Positions 10,221 to 21,844 of a stretch of DNA of 64,000 nt are shown piece by piece. Source of the stretch: Candidatus Latescibacterota bacterium. Lineage in GTDB: Bacteria; Latescibacterota; UBA2968; GCA-2709665. Made by a program: the position numbers and the translations under genes. Within the stretch, counting starts at the first letter, position 1. Each line of letters begins with the position of its first letter. The stretch is taken from contig CBDDDZ010000004.1 in the NCBI GenBank assembly GCA_965226795.1, forward strand, positions 512,001 to 576,000. Reading direction: 5' to 3'. Under the pieces are notes generated by a model. The model had not been told where the DNA came from. It worked only from the letters and a program-made list of their open reading frames with translations, and did no database searches.

Positions 10221-10496
10221 ATATCAAAACGTCTCATTAATGCGGAAGCGGCCGTGACCTTCGATATCTTATGTTCGCTCTTCAAGTAATCCTTTGAACA
10301 GGGCATTTTTGTCGTAGTCGTCGGGACGAACGCCAATGTTAAGAGAACAAGCTCGGATGAAAGTCAGAGGAAAAAAGGTAGCCAGAAATAATCCTCGCGT
10401 CAAGAGGCGGAGTTAGGCGAACCCGCGAGTAGATGAAATCTAAATTCACTTTTCACCTTCCTCACCACGGCCAGCCGCGCCGCGCCCTGTCCCGAC

Positions 10497-11141
10497 TTAC
10501 GGTGTCACGCCGATCACAATATCAAATTTCGCCGTTAACTCACCGATTTCCGATCCGGGCAACGGCTTGAACGGAACCGACAACAGATCGTGGGAAGCGC
10601 GGCCGGACCTTCGAAATATGGAATCCCTCTCATTGTCCGGGTTGCCCTTTACGTACAGCTGCGTGGTCAGAACCCGGCGTCCCTTTTTATTAATCGCGAA
10701 ATGAATATGCGCGGTTCGGGCGCCGGTATACCTGACGGGCTTTATGGTCCGAAAACGATATTCCCCCGTGGAACCCGTTTCAAATCGCCCGAAACCCTGG
10801 AAGTTCCGATCTCGTCTGTTCCTCCGCGGGCTCTCGGTATGGATGTAGACGCCGTTACTGTCGACCTGCCAGATCTCCACTTCGGCATTTTGCACGGGCT
10901 TGCCGCTCACATCGGTAACGCGCCCGGTCAGATGTGTGATTTCTCCCACCCCCGACGTAATCGCGTCGTTGATGATCAGGAGATCGTTATCGTTATCCAG
11001 CGGCAGCCTGTCCGGATAAAAGGGACCCTCGGTCTGCCACGGCGTTCGCATGAGTTGCTCGGCAAAAGCCCCTGGCGCCACAAACGCAACGGCGCCCATT
11101 GTCGCGGCACGACAGAGAAAGCGTCTTCGATCACTTGACAT
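10497..11141 (-). CDS. Intradiol ring-cleavage dioxygenase family protein with Tat signal
   Basis: RRRFL Tat motif; TEGPFYP, EIWQVDSNGVY, FRTIKPVRY, RTAHIHF, LTTQLY; GGAGG before ATG 11141. Confidence 0.85.
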   Translation of the reverse strand: MSSDRRRFLCRAATMGAVAFVAPGAFAEQLMRTPWQTEGPFYPDRLPLDNDNDLLIINDAITSGVGEITHLTGRVTDVSGKPVQNAEVEIWQVDSNGVYIHTESPRRNRRDRNFQGFGRFETGSTGEYRFRTIKPVRYTGARTAHIHFAINKKGRRVLTTQLYVKGNPDNERDSIFRRSGRASHDLLSVPFKPLPGSEIGELTAKFDIVIGVTP

Positions 11142-11183
11142 CAGGGCCTCCCCACGGAATGAATTCCCGTCCAATTAGAGATC

Positions 11184-12276
11184 TCAATGATTGTAAATCA
11201 GGTTCAATTCGACGAAACTGTCGCGACGGGTCGTGTAGGATAAATCCGTGTTGTCAACGTCGAGAAGGGCGATCGCCTCCAGATGCACGGACCAACTGTC
11301 CGAAATGCGCCGGTTGAATTCAAAGGTTAACACGCGCGTGGTCGCGTCGAGATCGTTCATCATGCTGCCGAGCACCTCGGTACTCTGGATGTCATTGAAC
11401 GCGAAGCGAGCGGCGAGGAAGAGATCGTTCTGAAAGATATTCGTCGCGTTCCTCCCGCGTCCGTCGTAATTCCATTCTCCGATCAGGCTCAGATCGGCTG
11501 CTGATCCGAGTACGGAATAGATCGTATACTCGCCGCCCAGTGTGGAAGCAACGTAGTCCTCTTCCACGCCGCGAAGGTCCCGCGCACCGGCGCGCCCAAG
11601 CGCTTCCAGCTTGAACCAACCAGGGTCCGGCTGTCAGTTGGGCGTCCAGCCCGAACTGCCGGATCCGCTCATAATTCGGTACCAGAATCGGCCCGCCGTT
11701 TCGGTCAATGTCGGGCAACAGCAGTGGCTCCCTGTTATTGCCGTCGAATACGCTGATACCCACGTCCATGTTTCCAGAACTGCAACTGTAACGGGCGGCA
11801 AATTCCGGATGCCACCGCCCGTACGAAACCCGCTCATTGTCTACAATAAGCGGGAAATGCAAACGGCCGGAGCGCCCTGGAAAGGTGCGGGCCCGGTGGT
11901 AGGTCATTCCGAAGAGTTCCACCGCGCCCCAGTCTCCCGACCATGTGAGATGGGCCATGGGTTGGCCCAGTGAGGGTTCTTTGTACGGGTGTTCCACAAG
12001 GTCGATCTGGTTGACGATATTCACCAGGTGGCGCGATTCGGTCACGCCCCAGAATACCCTGTCGACGTAGATCCTGGGCTCGGCGACAAAACCGCTGCCG
12101 TGTGAGCGCTGGCCGGAATAGGCGCCGGTCTTGGGATACCACCGGCTTTCGACGCTCAGGCGCCCCGAAAACTCCCGCGTTTCAATCTGAGCAACAGCCC
12201 TGCCGTGAAAAACCAAGGCCAGAATCCAGGCGACGACGAGCGGCGCGCAGTGGAGAACGATACAGTTTGGCATCAA
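11184..12276 (-). pseudogene. Frameshifted outer-membrane beta-barrel-like protein of an MMPL/LolA-like cluster
   Basis: VFWGVTESRHLVNIVNQIDLVE motif; removing one base near 11616 joins ...GPWL to FKLEALGRAGARDLRGVEEDY... (frame of ORF 11184-11567), ending ELNLIYNH. Confidence 0.65.
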
Positions 12277-13088
12277 CGTACCCGCTTCAGCCCCGTTCGT
12301 GTGAAATCCCTATCTTCGAGATCTGTGCGGAACTGATAGTCAGCCCAGGTCAGGACGGTGCTTTTGCCGGTCAGATGATTGACCATGGTCATCACGCCCG
12401 CGCGCCAGTAACGATTCAGGTATTGCTCGTAGTTCTCCAGAGTGAGCGTCTTCAGATGTGCGTTCTTGCGGTCATAGTATTCCACCTTCCAGACGCGAAG
12501 TTCGTCCCTGTCGCGCCACACCGCCTGGCGGCTGTAGCCGGATTTCCTATCCGTGGGAATACGTTCCGATACCGTGCACGTCAAATTGCCGCAAGGCTCG
12601 TCACGCAGATAGCGGTAGGTGAATTTCTCCACAGCCTGCGCGGTCATGTCTTCATAGGCGAACTCACTGCCCATGAAGGAACCGGACCGGTTCGACGAAC
12701 TGATGCGCTTGACGCGTTTTAGCGCGGGCAGATAAAGCCATTGGTCGTCCGCGCTTTCCGGGTGCGCGTGAACGAGCAATACCGTCCCCCTGACGTCGCG
12801 GGGCTCATCGAATACGAACAGGCTTTTGTCGCCGGCTCCGGGAGCCTCCAGGACTTTTACGCGAAGTTGGCGCCGGCTCTCCTGCCCATGCTTGTTGCGC
12901 AGCACCATGGCCTGCTGCGCCGTGAAATTGCCAAAGCCTTCCTCACGGGCGCTGGATTCCCGGGCGATTTTCAGGCCGGTTTCCTCCGGCGTCGCGCTCT
13001 CCGAATGAGCGGGCGCCGACGCAACGACACTGGCAAGGACGATCAACCAGGACGCCGAAAACGTCAGCATGGGGCGTGGGTAACTCAT
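12273..13088 (-). CDS. Outer membrane lipoprotein-sorting (LolA-like) protein
   Basis: Signal peptide; DDQWLYLPALKRVKRISSSNRSGSFMGSEFAYED; ATG 13088 follows GGAGA and overlaps the MMPL stop. Confidence 0.85.
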   Translation of the reverse strand: MSYPRPMLTFSASWLIVLASVVASAPAHSESATPEETGLKIARESSAREEGFGNFTAQQAMVLRNKHGQESRRQLRVKVLEAPGAGDKSLFVFDEPRDVRGTVLLVHAHPESADDQWLYLPALKRVKRISSSNRSGSFMGSEFAYEDMTAQAVEKFTYRYLRDEPCGNLTCTVSERIPTDRKSGYSRQAVWRDRDELRVWKVEYYDRKNAHLKTLTLENYEQYLNRYWRAGVMTMVNHLTGKSTVLTWADYQFRTDLEDRDFTRTGLKRVR

Positions 13089-15376
13089 GAATTTCTCCGG
13101 TCGATGGTAATCAGTAGCGCCGGGAGGAGCAAAAAATCGGCGACCAGCGCGAAGATGATGGTGATTGTGACCAGAAGGCCCAGGGCCCAACTCACCTCAA
13201 ATCCGGACGTCTGAGAACACCAGAAAGCCTGCCGACAACACCGCCGTCGTCGTCCACAGGGCATGGCCTACGGTCCGGAAGGCGTAGTGCACGGCGTCGG
13301 GCGCAGATAGGCCCTCGCGCCGGGCTTTCAGATATTTACTCAGAAAGTGAATCGTATCGTCCACGACAATTCCGAAAACGACGGCGATGACCACCGACGA
13401 GGCAATGCCCACGTTCCCCACGAGATATCCCCATAGGCCGAAGCTCATAATTGCGGGGATGAAGTTCGGCAGCAGACTCAGGAGTCCGATGCGTACGCTC
13501 TTGAAAATCCAGATCAGAATAAACGAGATGAGCGCCATGGCCAGGATCGTACCGCGCAACATGCTATGGATATTCCGCAGCGACAGGTGGGCAAAGACGA
13601 TACTCAAGCCCGATGCCTCCTGTGCAACTGTGGGCGCGTTGGCGCGAAGCCAGACCTGCGCGCGTTCATCGAGTTCGCGCAGATCGCGAGACCATGCATT
13701 CCTGGTTGTCACGACCATGCGGGTAGCGGATTTAGCAACGTCGATGCGGTCGTTAAGGTCGCTGCCGAATGGAAGCGATAGTTCGTAGAGCAACAGGTAC
13801 TGCGCCGCGAGATCCGGATCTTCGGGCAGGCGATGGAAGGCCGGATCGTCGCCGTGCATGTTTTTGTTGAGACGTTTCATAATGTCCGAAAACACCTGGA
13901 CATGGGTCACCTCGGGTTGCTGCCTGTACCACGCGGCGAAAGCATCGACCCGGCGCAGATAGTCGGGATCGGTGATGCCGCCTTCTCGTCCCGCATCCAG
14001 CGAATATTCCAGCTTGTCAAGCCCGGTGAGATTGTCAATGATATAATCCGTATCGCGCCGGAACTCGTAACGGTCGTCGAAATACTGCGCCATGTTGTCG
14101 CTCAGCTCGATGCGGGAAACGCCCATAAACAGGAAGGCGACCACCAGGATGAGGACCACAAGCAGGGATTTGCGACGGGCGATGACGAAGTCGGCGAAAC
14201 GGTCGAGGAATTGGGTATCTCCTGGACTGCGGGCAGACACGCGCAACGGCAAAATGGACAGCAGCGCCGGCAGGAGCGTGATGGAGTACAGGAGTGCACA
14301 AAAAACACCCAACGCAACGTAATTGCCCAGGATGTGAAAGGGCGGCGAGTCCGAGGCATTCAGGCTGAGGAATCCGATCGCGGTCGTGACCGAGGTGATG
14401 AATACCGGATGGATATTGATGCGAAATGATTCTGCAATCGCCTCATTTTTATCGAGGCCGCGCCTCATTCCCAGCAGAACACTCGTGACAATGTGAATTG
14501 AATCCGCCATGGCGATCACCATGACGATAATCGGTATCCCCGCGTTGGTGGGGCTGAACACCACGCGGCTCCAGCCCGCGAGCCCCTGGTGGTATTGATG
14601 ACAAACACGAGCACAGCGACGATGGCCACCGTGCCGAGGACCGAACGCAGCAGCACAATCGTGGCGCCTATAATAATCACGAACACGATCGGTGTCAGCG
14701 TCTTCAGGTCGTCCTGCGTGGCATCGGAAAAGGTCCGGTTCATGACGACGTCGCCGGTGAGGTGGTAGGCGATGTCCGGATGGCGTTCCCGGGCTTCGTT
14801 CAGGAGCGAACGGAGATAATCGGTTATTTCATTGACGGCCTGGTCCGGATTCGCCGGCAGGACGAAGTTAACGACAACACCGGCCGTGCGTCCGTCCCGG
14901 GAAATCAGACGCCCTGCGATTTCGACGGCTTCCAGTGCGATCTTTTCAATTCGGGGCAGGTCGTCGTCCCTCAGCGACTGCGCATCCTCCACAAGCGGCG
15001 CGACGATAAGCTCATCTTCGGACGCCTCGCTGTGCGTATAGTTGGTGAGGGAGTTGACGCGGCTGGAATACGGCGCGCGCCACGCGGCGTCGGTCATATC
15101 CTCAACCGCGGCAAGCGCGTCGCTGGTGAACACCGAGCCATCTGCGGGCGCAATGGCAATCAGCGCCGCGTTGGAGGCGGAATACGTGTTCTCGAGGGCA
15201 TCAAAAGCGAGGAGTTGCGGGTTGTCTTCGTTGAACAGAATGCGGTAATCGTTTGTCACCGTAATAAAGCGAATGCCAGCCGTCATTGCCAGCATAAACA
15301 GCGTTGCGAGCGCAACGACCAGCCATCGATGGCGCAGAATATTAGCGATGCAGCGATCCAGGAGCACATGAGTCAT
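13085..15376 (-). pseudogene. MMPL/RND-family lipid transporter with two frameshifts
   Basis: AMADSIH and GIVVDDTIHF motifs; one base missing near 14587 and one extra near 13212. Correcting them restores ...SGFEVSWALGLLVTITIIFALVADFLLLPALLITIDRRNS* ending at 13085. Confidence 0.8.
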
Positions 15377-15411
15377 CGCCGCTCCCATCCCGAACCGGGA
15401 GCGGCGATGAC
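15372..15411. promoter_or_regulatory. Perfect 15-bp inverted repeat covering the MMPL RBS and start codon
   Basis: GTCATCGCCGCTCCC (15372-15386) / GGGAGCGGCGATGAC (15397-15411), 10-nt loop. Confidence 0.6.
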
Positions 15412-15535
15412 CTCACCGTTTTGAACGTACGACGCTGTCGACACGGGTAACCCTGCGTCCCTTCGTTCCATCTATCCGATGAATCCCCGGCTTTCTGTTA
15501 GCAAACGGAGGCGGTCACACCACGCCGCAGGATCT

Positions 15536-16689
15536 TCACCATTTGATTGATTTGTGTGTGTGGACGTGGTTGGGCATCTTGTAACTCAGTCCTTCATCGT
15601 CGTATACCGAAATCTTGAGAAGCTGAGAGAAGTTATCCGATCTGATAACCTGTGTATTGGTGAGCATTCGATGCACGCGCTGCTTCATCCGGTACATCCA
15701 CAGTGCGCCGAATGTGGCGGTCTTTGGAAACTGGAACTGGTCGGCAAGTCGGTTTCCTATGAGCGCTCGTGAAAGACGGTAGGCCAGATCTGTCAGTTTT
15801 TCGCGTTCAACCGGATCGTTTATATCCGCAACTGACGGAATTGAATTTATCAACATATTCGCCACGCCTATCGAATCGGCGTCCGGCGGCGGCTCGACCA
15901 TATAGCCGATCTTGTAGATCTCGTCCGCCTCCTTGCTGGTCTTATAAAGGATGGTCTCAGGAATCCCCATAAGTAGCCGGCATAGCGCCACACCTTGATA
16001 ACGCTCTCTTGTTCTTCCTTGCCGAGGGCCGCGCCCACCAGCAACGAGTATTCCACCAGGCGCCTGGAAAAGACGGAGATGGCAAAACCCAAGTGCGCCG
16101 CGCTTACCGGCATGCCCCAGGCTTCGTGATTCCAATCGTCGGATTTCGCCAGCAGGTTCCTTATTCGAGTATGGACGAAGCGTATTCGCGTGGACAGCTT
16201 CCATCCGTCGCCGTGTCTCTGCATGCCGCCGGGGAAAAAGATATCCATCATGTGGCGGTTATTCTGTTGGAGGCGCCTTTTGGTCGTTGCTACGCGCCCG
16301 GTAATATTGAAAGACTTGGCAATAAGCGTGGAGAATCCTTCCACCAGCACGCCGGTAACGAAGGCCACGAGCATGAGGTTTACGTTTGCGTGGAAGGCGC
16401 GAATCCCCGGCCGAAAGTCCTCGTAGTTGAGCCAGGGAGGTTCTTCAAGACTTTCGAAGAAATCGCGCAGGGCCTGTGGCGCACTGCACAGAACCTCATC
16501 GCGCCCCTCTATCCCCGCCCCGACAAACCGGGGCAGATCGTGAGGAGGCATCGAGGAGAGCTCCTCCATAATCGGGTCCAGCACGGGATCGCCAATGGTG
16601 GTATGCCTGACGTAGTTGTCGGCCATTTCCTGGTCGTGGCGGCGCGCCTTCGCATACCCCTCAACGTACGCAGACGGTGGATGTTTCAT
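15536..16689 (-). pseudogene. MpaB/latex-clearing-protein-like (DUF2236) oxygenase, frameshifted
   Basis: GDGWKLSTRIRFVHTRIR, WGMPVSAAH, WRYAGYL motifs; one base missing near 15972, continuing as MGIPETIL in the frame of ORF 15536-16204. Confidence 0.75.
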
Positions 16690-17289
16690 CCTTCAATCTC
16701 CTTGACATTTTGGCCGACGAGTCCCCGGAATGTACTCAAGCGCATCATCGTTCGGCAGATCGAATTTCAAGACCGGCCTGGAACTTTTCGTCAAAAAAAA
16801 TAGGGTACACCAACGCCGGGAGAGTGCCGCCTGACGTTCCCCATCCACCATTCCGAACCCCTCGGAGTCCTTTTTCTCATGAACACAATCACTTTATCTA
16901 ATACTGAAGCGAATAAATATAGCCGCCGGCAACAGCAATGGCAATAGTATTCACCTGTACAGTTCGCGTCGTCTGGTCCGCTGACTGCTCATTCTTCTGA
17001 TGATCGGAATACGCCCGCAAGACAGTATTGAGTTCTTTTTTGTCCCGTATATGGAATATGAAAAACCTGGTCGAAGTCCATAGGGAATCTCCGGTTACCA
17101 GGCGAGAAAGGGATCCCGTTTCCCGAGGATGGAGATGGGCTTGAGGACATCATATACGCGACATCCCGGATGAAAAGCCCGTTTATCGCGGTCGCCTCCC
17201 TCAAGTTTCTGCTTGAGCATGACGAAGAAAAACATATATCATACAGTCCGAAGAGTTAATATTGGTCAAGTCCGGCGGACCCAATTCCA

Positions 17290-17566
17290 ACGGCTGGCCG
17301 AGGCCGATCTCATCATCGAGCATCCATCCCACATCGAGCTTGTCGAGGCCAGGTCCGCCGATACGCCTTCGTCGAGCCTGTTCGATGGCATAAACCGCGT
17401 CCGGAGGCACTTCACCGATTTACCCCTGCCATGTCCCGCGTTCGTTGCCTATGGCGGCAGTCAACACCAGCGCCGATCGCGGGGGAGTCTGATTCCATGG
17501 CGCAGCCTCCACGAAGCGACATCCCAGGTCAACCCTGCGGACGACGAGATTGGGAAAAGCCGGTGA
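17290..17566 (+). pseudogene. C-terminal remnant of an AAA+ ATPase/DUF4143-type protein
   Basis: EADLIIE...LVEARSADT...VAYGG...LIPW resembles the DUF4143 C-terminus; no ATPase domain upstream. Confidence 0.5.
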
Positions 17567-18721
17567 CGGACATTACGGGTTTGCCAAATCGACAAGAGCC
17601 CTGCCACCGAAACCCTGATGGTAGTGCGAGAATCACCCACGGCGATTCCCTGCAAGACCTCGCTAAACGTGAACGACGTATCGTTGAGGTCGCTTCCCGA
17701 TGTTTCGCCATCGGCACGGTGCGTCGTACGGCGCGCCTGACAGGCGGCGTGCTCAATGAAGTGTATCTGGCGGAAACGTCGCGAGACCGTTTTGTCGTAC
17801 GAGTGAATCGCGTCAGAAGATCGATGTCCGAGATCGAACGTCTTTCGTCATTCCTCTCGTACCTGAGCCTGCGGGGGATACCCGTGGACGGGTTGGTTCC
17901 GGCGGCCGACGGGCAGGTCGCCGCGGAGATCGATGGCGAACTGCTTTCTGTACACCGATATATCCCGGGGTCGGTATACCCTTCTCCGCAGGACCTGAAA
18001 GGAACCCAGACCGCGAATATGATGACGTTTCTGGCGGACTACCATTCCGCGGCGGGAGGATATCGGATCGCCGGGAGACTCGCGGCCCGGGATGAAATGC
18101 TGCCGGTGAAGTACACCGACGATACGAACACCCTGAGAGAGCGGTTCGAGAGCCTTCCGAAAACGACCCGGGTGGGTAGAATCCATCGTCAACGGCGCCA
18201 TCGACCGGCTGGCCTCGTTCTTTGCCTCCAGGCTATACAGGGAACTCGGACGAACCTGGATCCACGGCGATTATAGATCCTGTAACGTGGCGTTCGATGG
18301 AGACAGCGTGAACGGGTTGTTCGACTGGAATTTGCTCTGCAACGGCCCCCGACTGTGGGATGTCGTGGTTGCATCAAGCGACCTGGCCGGAATGGTCGGG
18401 GGTTCCCTTTCCCGCAATCTCCAGGTCTGGAGGGAAAACTTCGCGCTTCATCTCGCAGCCTACCGGAAGGAAGCATGGCGTCATGGGGCGGACATCACCG
18501 AGCCCGAGGTCAGGTCCATTCCATACCTTGTGGTCGCTGACACAATTCTCAGCGGCGTTCTCTTTGCGTTGCACCTGAGAAAGCTGCCACTAAAACCCGG
18601 TGAATCGGCAGGCCGGCGCCGCCAACGGTCGGACAGGCTCCTGTCGGATTCTGTAGACGACCTGATTACAATTGACAGACAGATAGCCAACGGGACTGCG
18701 ATGATTTCCGTGGATACGTGA
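17563..18721 (+). pseudogene. Aminoglycoside phosphotransferase/homoserine kinase type II-like kinase, frameshifted
   Basis: N-lobe GGVLNEVY...FVVRV; after a frameshift near 18175 the frame of ORF 18287-18721 reads TWIHGDYRSCNVAF...LFDWN. Start codon uncertain. Confidence 0.7.
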
Positions 18722-18750
18722 AATGGCCGACTTTGCAGTTGCATCCTTAT

Positions 18751-19058
18751 CTAATGTGTTGCCCCAGTATTAGATTGTCAAAATTCGGCCGTCGCGTCGC
18801 CCGGCTGGCATGGCGCCTGCGACCTGAGCCGCTCCCTGAGCTTGCGGTCCCTGAGCGCTCGCCCTGAGCGCTCGCCCTGAGCCTGTCGAAGGGTGTCGAA
18901 GGGTCGGCGAAGGGCGTTGAGGAGCGCTAAACAGGTTAGGAAACGCGGGCATTTCGACAAGCCGTTTCGATAGGCTAATCACAGGCAGTGCATTCGACGT
19001 AGAGAGACGGGATGAACCGCCCAAAAAATGGTGACATATTTCTGGGACGGGATACCAG
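18751..19058. mobile_element. MITE-like repeat, copy 1 (degenerate, with internal CCTGAGC repeats)
   Basis: Left 40 nt align ungapped with 25205-25244; shares AAATTCGGCCGTCG..GTCGCCCGGCT and GGGATGAACCGCC...ATGGTGACATATTTC with the other copies. Confidence 0.75.
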
Positions 19059-19188
19059 GCGCCATGATGCACAATCCTATGGTAACGGTCGCGACCGAAT
19101 GCATCGCTAATTCCAGTTTTCACACTTCAAAGCGTATAGATGTCAGGCTATTTCAAAGTTAAATATTGACATAGACTGATTCTGCTGA

Positions 19189-20478
19189 ATGAGTACAGGA
19201 AAGGCAGATATGGATCTGAACCGTGTGGTCCTGGACCTGGGAATCGAGAAAAGCCGGGCGGCCCTTGAGTCGGAGTGGGAGGTCTCACACAGCGCGATAC
19301 CGGAAGGGGAGATCCGCTTTCTCTCGCACGATTTCGTGAACGAGGCCTGCCGTGGGATTTATCTGCCAGAACACATCGTTCAGGCTGCCGTCGACGCGGC
19401 GGCCCGGGTGGCGGAGAGCCCCGCGTTGCGCGCGTTGGCCTGGCACTGTCACTGGTGCCTCTACCGCGTGGAAGGATATCCCAGCCGCCTGGTGGACAAT
19501 TGGCCTTGTATGAAGGGTCCGCTAGGGGAAACGGCGGGCCTGTTCTACCTGCTGGTGCTGCTGTCATGGTTTCCCAATATGCGAGCGGTGCACCGGGCGC
19601 ACGGGCTTCCGGAACGGGTCGTGCGCGATAGCATGGATCAGATTTACCTGCGGGGCGGGACCTGCAGCGTAAATTTCGGCCGATGGGGCCTGGATGGACA
19701 CGCGGCTCGCTGGCTGGCCAATTTCCTCCGTGGGGAGATCTACGCCCTGGGTCGCCTTGAACATCAGTTCAGAGTAATGGACGACCCGTTTAAGGTCTAC
19801 CGCCACAGGGAGTCGTCGAAGGTCATCGCGCTGAGCGAGGACGGCGTCTCCTATCGCCCGGACGGTCAACGACACAGGGCGGGAGATACGCAGCCGGCGT
19901 GCACCTCCCGTCTCCTGATCACAAAGGACGAGATTGCCGGGCACCCCATCCTCCCGACCGGTCGCGCCGCTGAAGAGATGGTAACGATTTCCGCGGCCGA
20001 CTGGATTCCTGTCCTCGGCAGGGGGGACCCCATCCTGTATTTTCATATTCCGGGCGGAATCCCGCTGGACCACGCCGCGTGCGGGGATTCCTTCAGGGCC
20101 GCGATGGACTTCTTCCCCCGCCATTTTCCCGAACGCCCCTACAAGGCGTTCTTCTGCGGTTCCTGGTTGCTGGACACCCAGTTGGAAGATTGGCTGCCGC
20201 CCGGGTCGAATCTGGTGCGTTTCCTGCAGGAGTTCTATCTGCTGCCGGGCGGCATTTCGGAACGGTCAATTTTACAGACGGTGTTCGGAAATGCGTCAAC
20301 TGACCTCGGCGATGCGCCCATGGACACGTCGCTTCAGCGGGCAATACGGGACCATGTATCCATGGGTGGACGGATCGATCCCCGCGCCGGCAAATGCTTC
20401 TTGTTCCCTGAAGATCTGGCTTGGGGTAGCCAGGCGTACCGAACAACGAAATTTCCGTGGCATCTGGTACGTGATTGA
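19189..20478 (+). CDS. Acyltransferase domain-containing protein (two-domain GNAT-like)
   Basis: YALGRLEH, FHIPGG, FCGSWLLD, SNLVRFLQ and TSLQRA motifs. Confidence 0.7.
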   Translation: MSTGKADMDLNRVVLDLGIEKSRAALESEWEVSHSAIPEGEIRFLSHDFVNEACRGIYLPEHIVQAAVDAAARVAESPALRALAWHCHWCLYRVEGYPSRLVDNWPCMKGPLGETAGLFYLLVLLSWFPNMRAVHRAHGLPERVVRDSMDQIYLRGGTCSVNFGRWGLDGHAARWLANFLRGEIYALGRLEHQFRVMDDPFKVYRHRESSKVIALSEDGVSYRPDGQRHRAGDTQPACTSRLLITKDEIAGHPILPTGRAAEEMVTISAADWIPVLGRGDPILYFHIPGGIPLDHAACGDSFRAAMDFFPRHFPERPYKAFFCGSWLLDTQLEDWLPPGSNLVRFLQEFYLLPGGISERSILQTVFGNASTDLGDAPMDTSLQRAIRDHVSMGGRIDPRAGKCFLFPEDLAWGSQAYRTTKFPWHLVRD

Positions 20479-20552
20479 CTTGAAATGCGCGGCGGATACG
20501 CCCTGTTACACTTGTGAACGCACCGCGCGAATGGAAACATAAGGAGGTTGGC

Positions 20553-21683
20553 ATGGAGCGGTTCGGACAGCTTGAGATGGACTACCTTGCGAAGGTCATC
20601 GCCAGCGGGACGTTGAACAGCAAGACCGGGAAATTCACGTCGCAATTGGAGGAGCGGTACGCAAAGTGGGTCGGGGCCGAATACGCCGTGGCGATGAACA
20701 GCGCAATGAGCGTGCTGCACGCGTCCGTGGCGGCCGTGGGCGTCGGGCCGGGCGTTGAGGTGGTCTGCGACCCGGTCGTCCACTTCGGCGGCGCAGCGGT
20801 GATGTATCACAATGGGGTACCGGTATTCTGCGATATCGACGAGGATAGCTGGAATATGGATCCCGATTCGCTGGAAGCGTGCATCACCGAATACACTGGG
20901 GCGATCATCTGCACGCCGATGTGGGGAAACCCACCGGATTACGACGGGATTCTCCGGGTGGCGAACAGGTACGGGCTGCCCGTGATCGAAGACGTGGCGC
21001 ACGGCGTCGGGGGTTCGTACAGAGGCAGGCCGCTGGGAACCCTCGGGGCGATCGGGTCATACAGTTTCCAGGAGGCCAAGCACCTCACCAGCGGCGACGG
21101 CGGAATGGCGGTGACCGATCGGGCTGAAGTGTTCGAGAAAATGCTGGAAATGAGGATCCTTAAGACGACCCTGGGCTGGAATTATCGCATGACGGAATTG
21201 CAGGCGGGGGTGATGCTGGCGCAGATGGAAAGGGCCGAAGGGATTATCGCGGCGCACCACAGGGCGGGGGCGCTCTACTGCGACGCCGGGAAGGAGACCC
21301 CGTGGCTCGTGCCGCAACGTGTGGCGGAAGGGTGCGTGCATGCCTATCACGGCGTTGCGTTTCGATTCGAAGGCGACAGCGAAGGGATTTCGGTGGAGCG
21401 CTTTCAGGAGACCATGACCGAACACGGATGTCGGGTCTCCATCGGGTACAAGAGACGCTCCGCGGCCGAAGATCCGATTTTCACCGAGGTCCTGGCCTAC
21501 GGCAGCGGGTGCCCTATCCGGTGCCCCCATTACAAGGGCGAAGCGCGCTATGGAAAAGGGGTGACGCCCGTGGCCGACCGCGCGGTGCCCCGCATGGTCG
21601 TGATGCCGATGGACGTTTACACGCCGGGAAAGACCGAGGAATATGCGGAAAGGTTCCACGCGGGTCTGAAGGCGCTCGGGTAA
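20553..21683 (+). CDS. DegT/DnrJ/EryC1/StrS PLP-dependent aminotransferase
   Basis: VIEDVAHG, SYSFQEAKHLTSGDGG, GWNYRMTELQA; AAGGAGG RBS before ATG 20553. Confidence 0.9.
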   Translation: MERFGQLEMDYLAKVIASGTLNSKTGKFTSQLEERYAKWVGAEYAVAMNSAMSVLHASVAAVGVGPGVEVVCDPVVHFGGAAVMYHNGVPVFCDIDEDSWNMDPDSLEACITEYTGAIICTPMWGNPPDYDGILRVANRYGLPVIEDVAHGVGGSYRGRPLGTLGAIGSYSFQEAKHLTSGDGGMAVTDRAEVFEKMLEMRILKTTLGWNYRMTELQAGVMLAQMERAEGIIAAHHRAGALYCDAGKETPWLVPQRVAEGCVHAYHGVAFRFEGDSEGISVERFQETMTEHGCRVSIGYKRRSAAEDPIFTEVLAYGSGCPIRCPHYKGEARYGKGVTPVADRAVPRMVVMPMDVYTPGKTEEYAERFHAGLKALG

Positions 21684-21844
21684 GGCGAGGATCGCTTACC
21701 GGGAACAGCCCACGCTCGGGACGCCCGACGAGATCCGGCACGCGACGGAGGTTGCGCTGTCAATCGTGGCGTCCGCCCGGAATGGGTGCCCGGTTGATCT
21801 GAATCGATCCGAAATGTAGATGCGTAGAAAGAAAACGGCGGGGT

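Noticed and set aside
18820..18912. CRISPR-like array from CCTGAGC/CGAAGGG repeats
   Set aside because: Units are too short, lack unique spacers, lie inside the MITE, and no cas genes are present.
18770..19123. Short ORFs inside the repeats (also 25205-25390 and 40572-40772) and many antisense ORFs over core genes
   Set aside because: They are translations of REP-like DNA (LSLSK, VPEPVEG) or shadow frames with no protein-family features.
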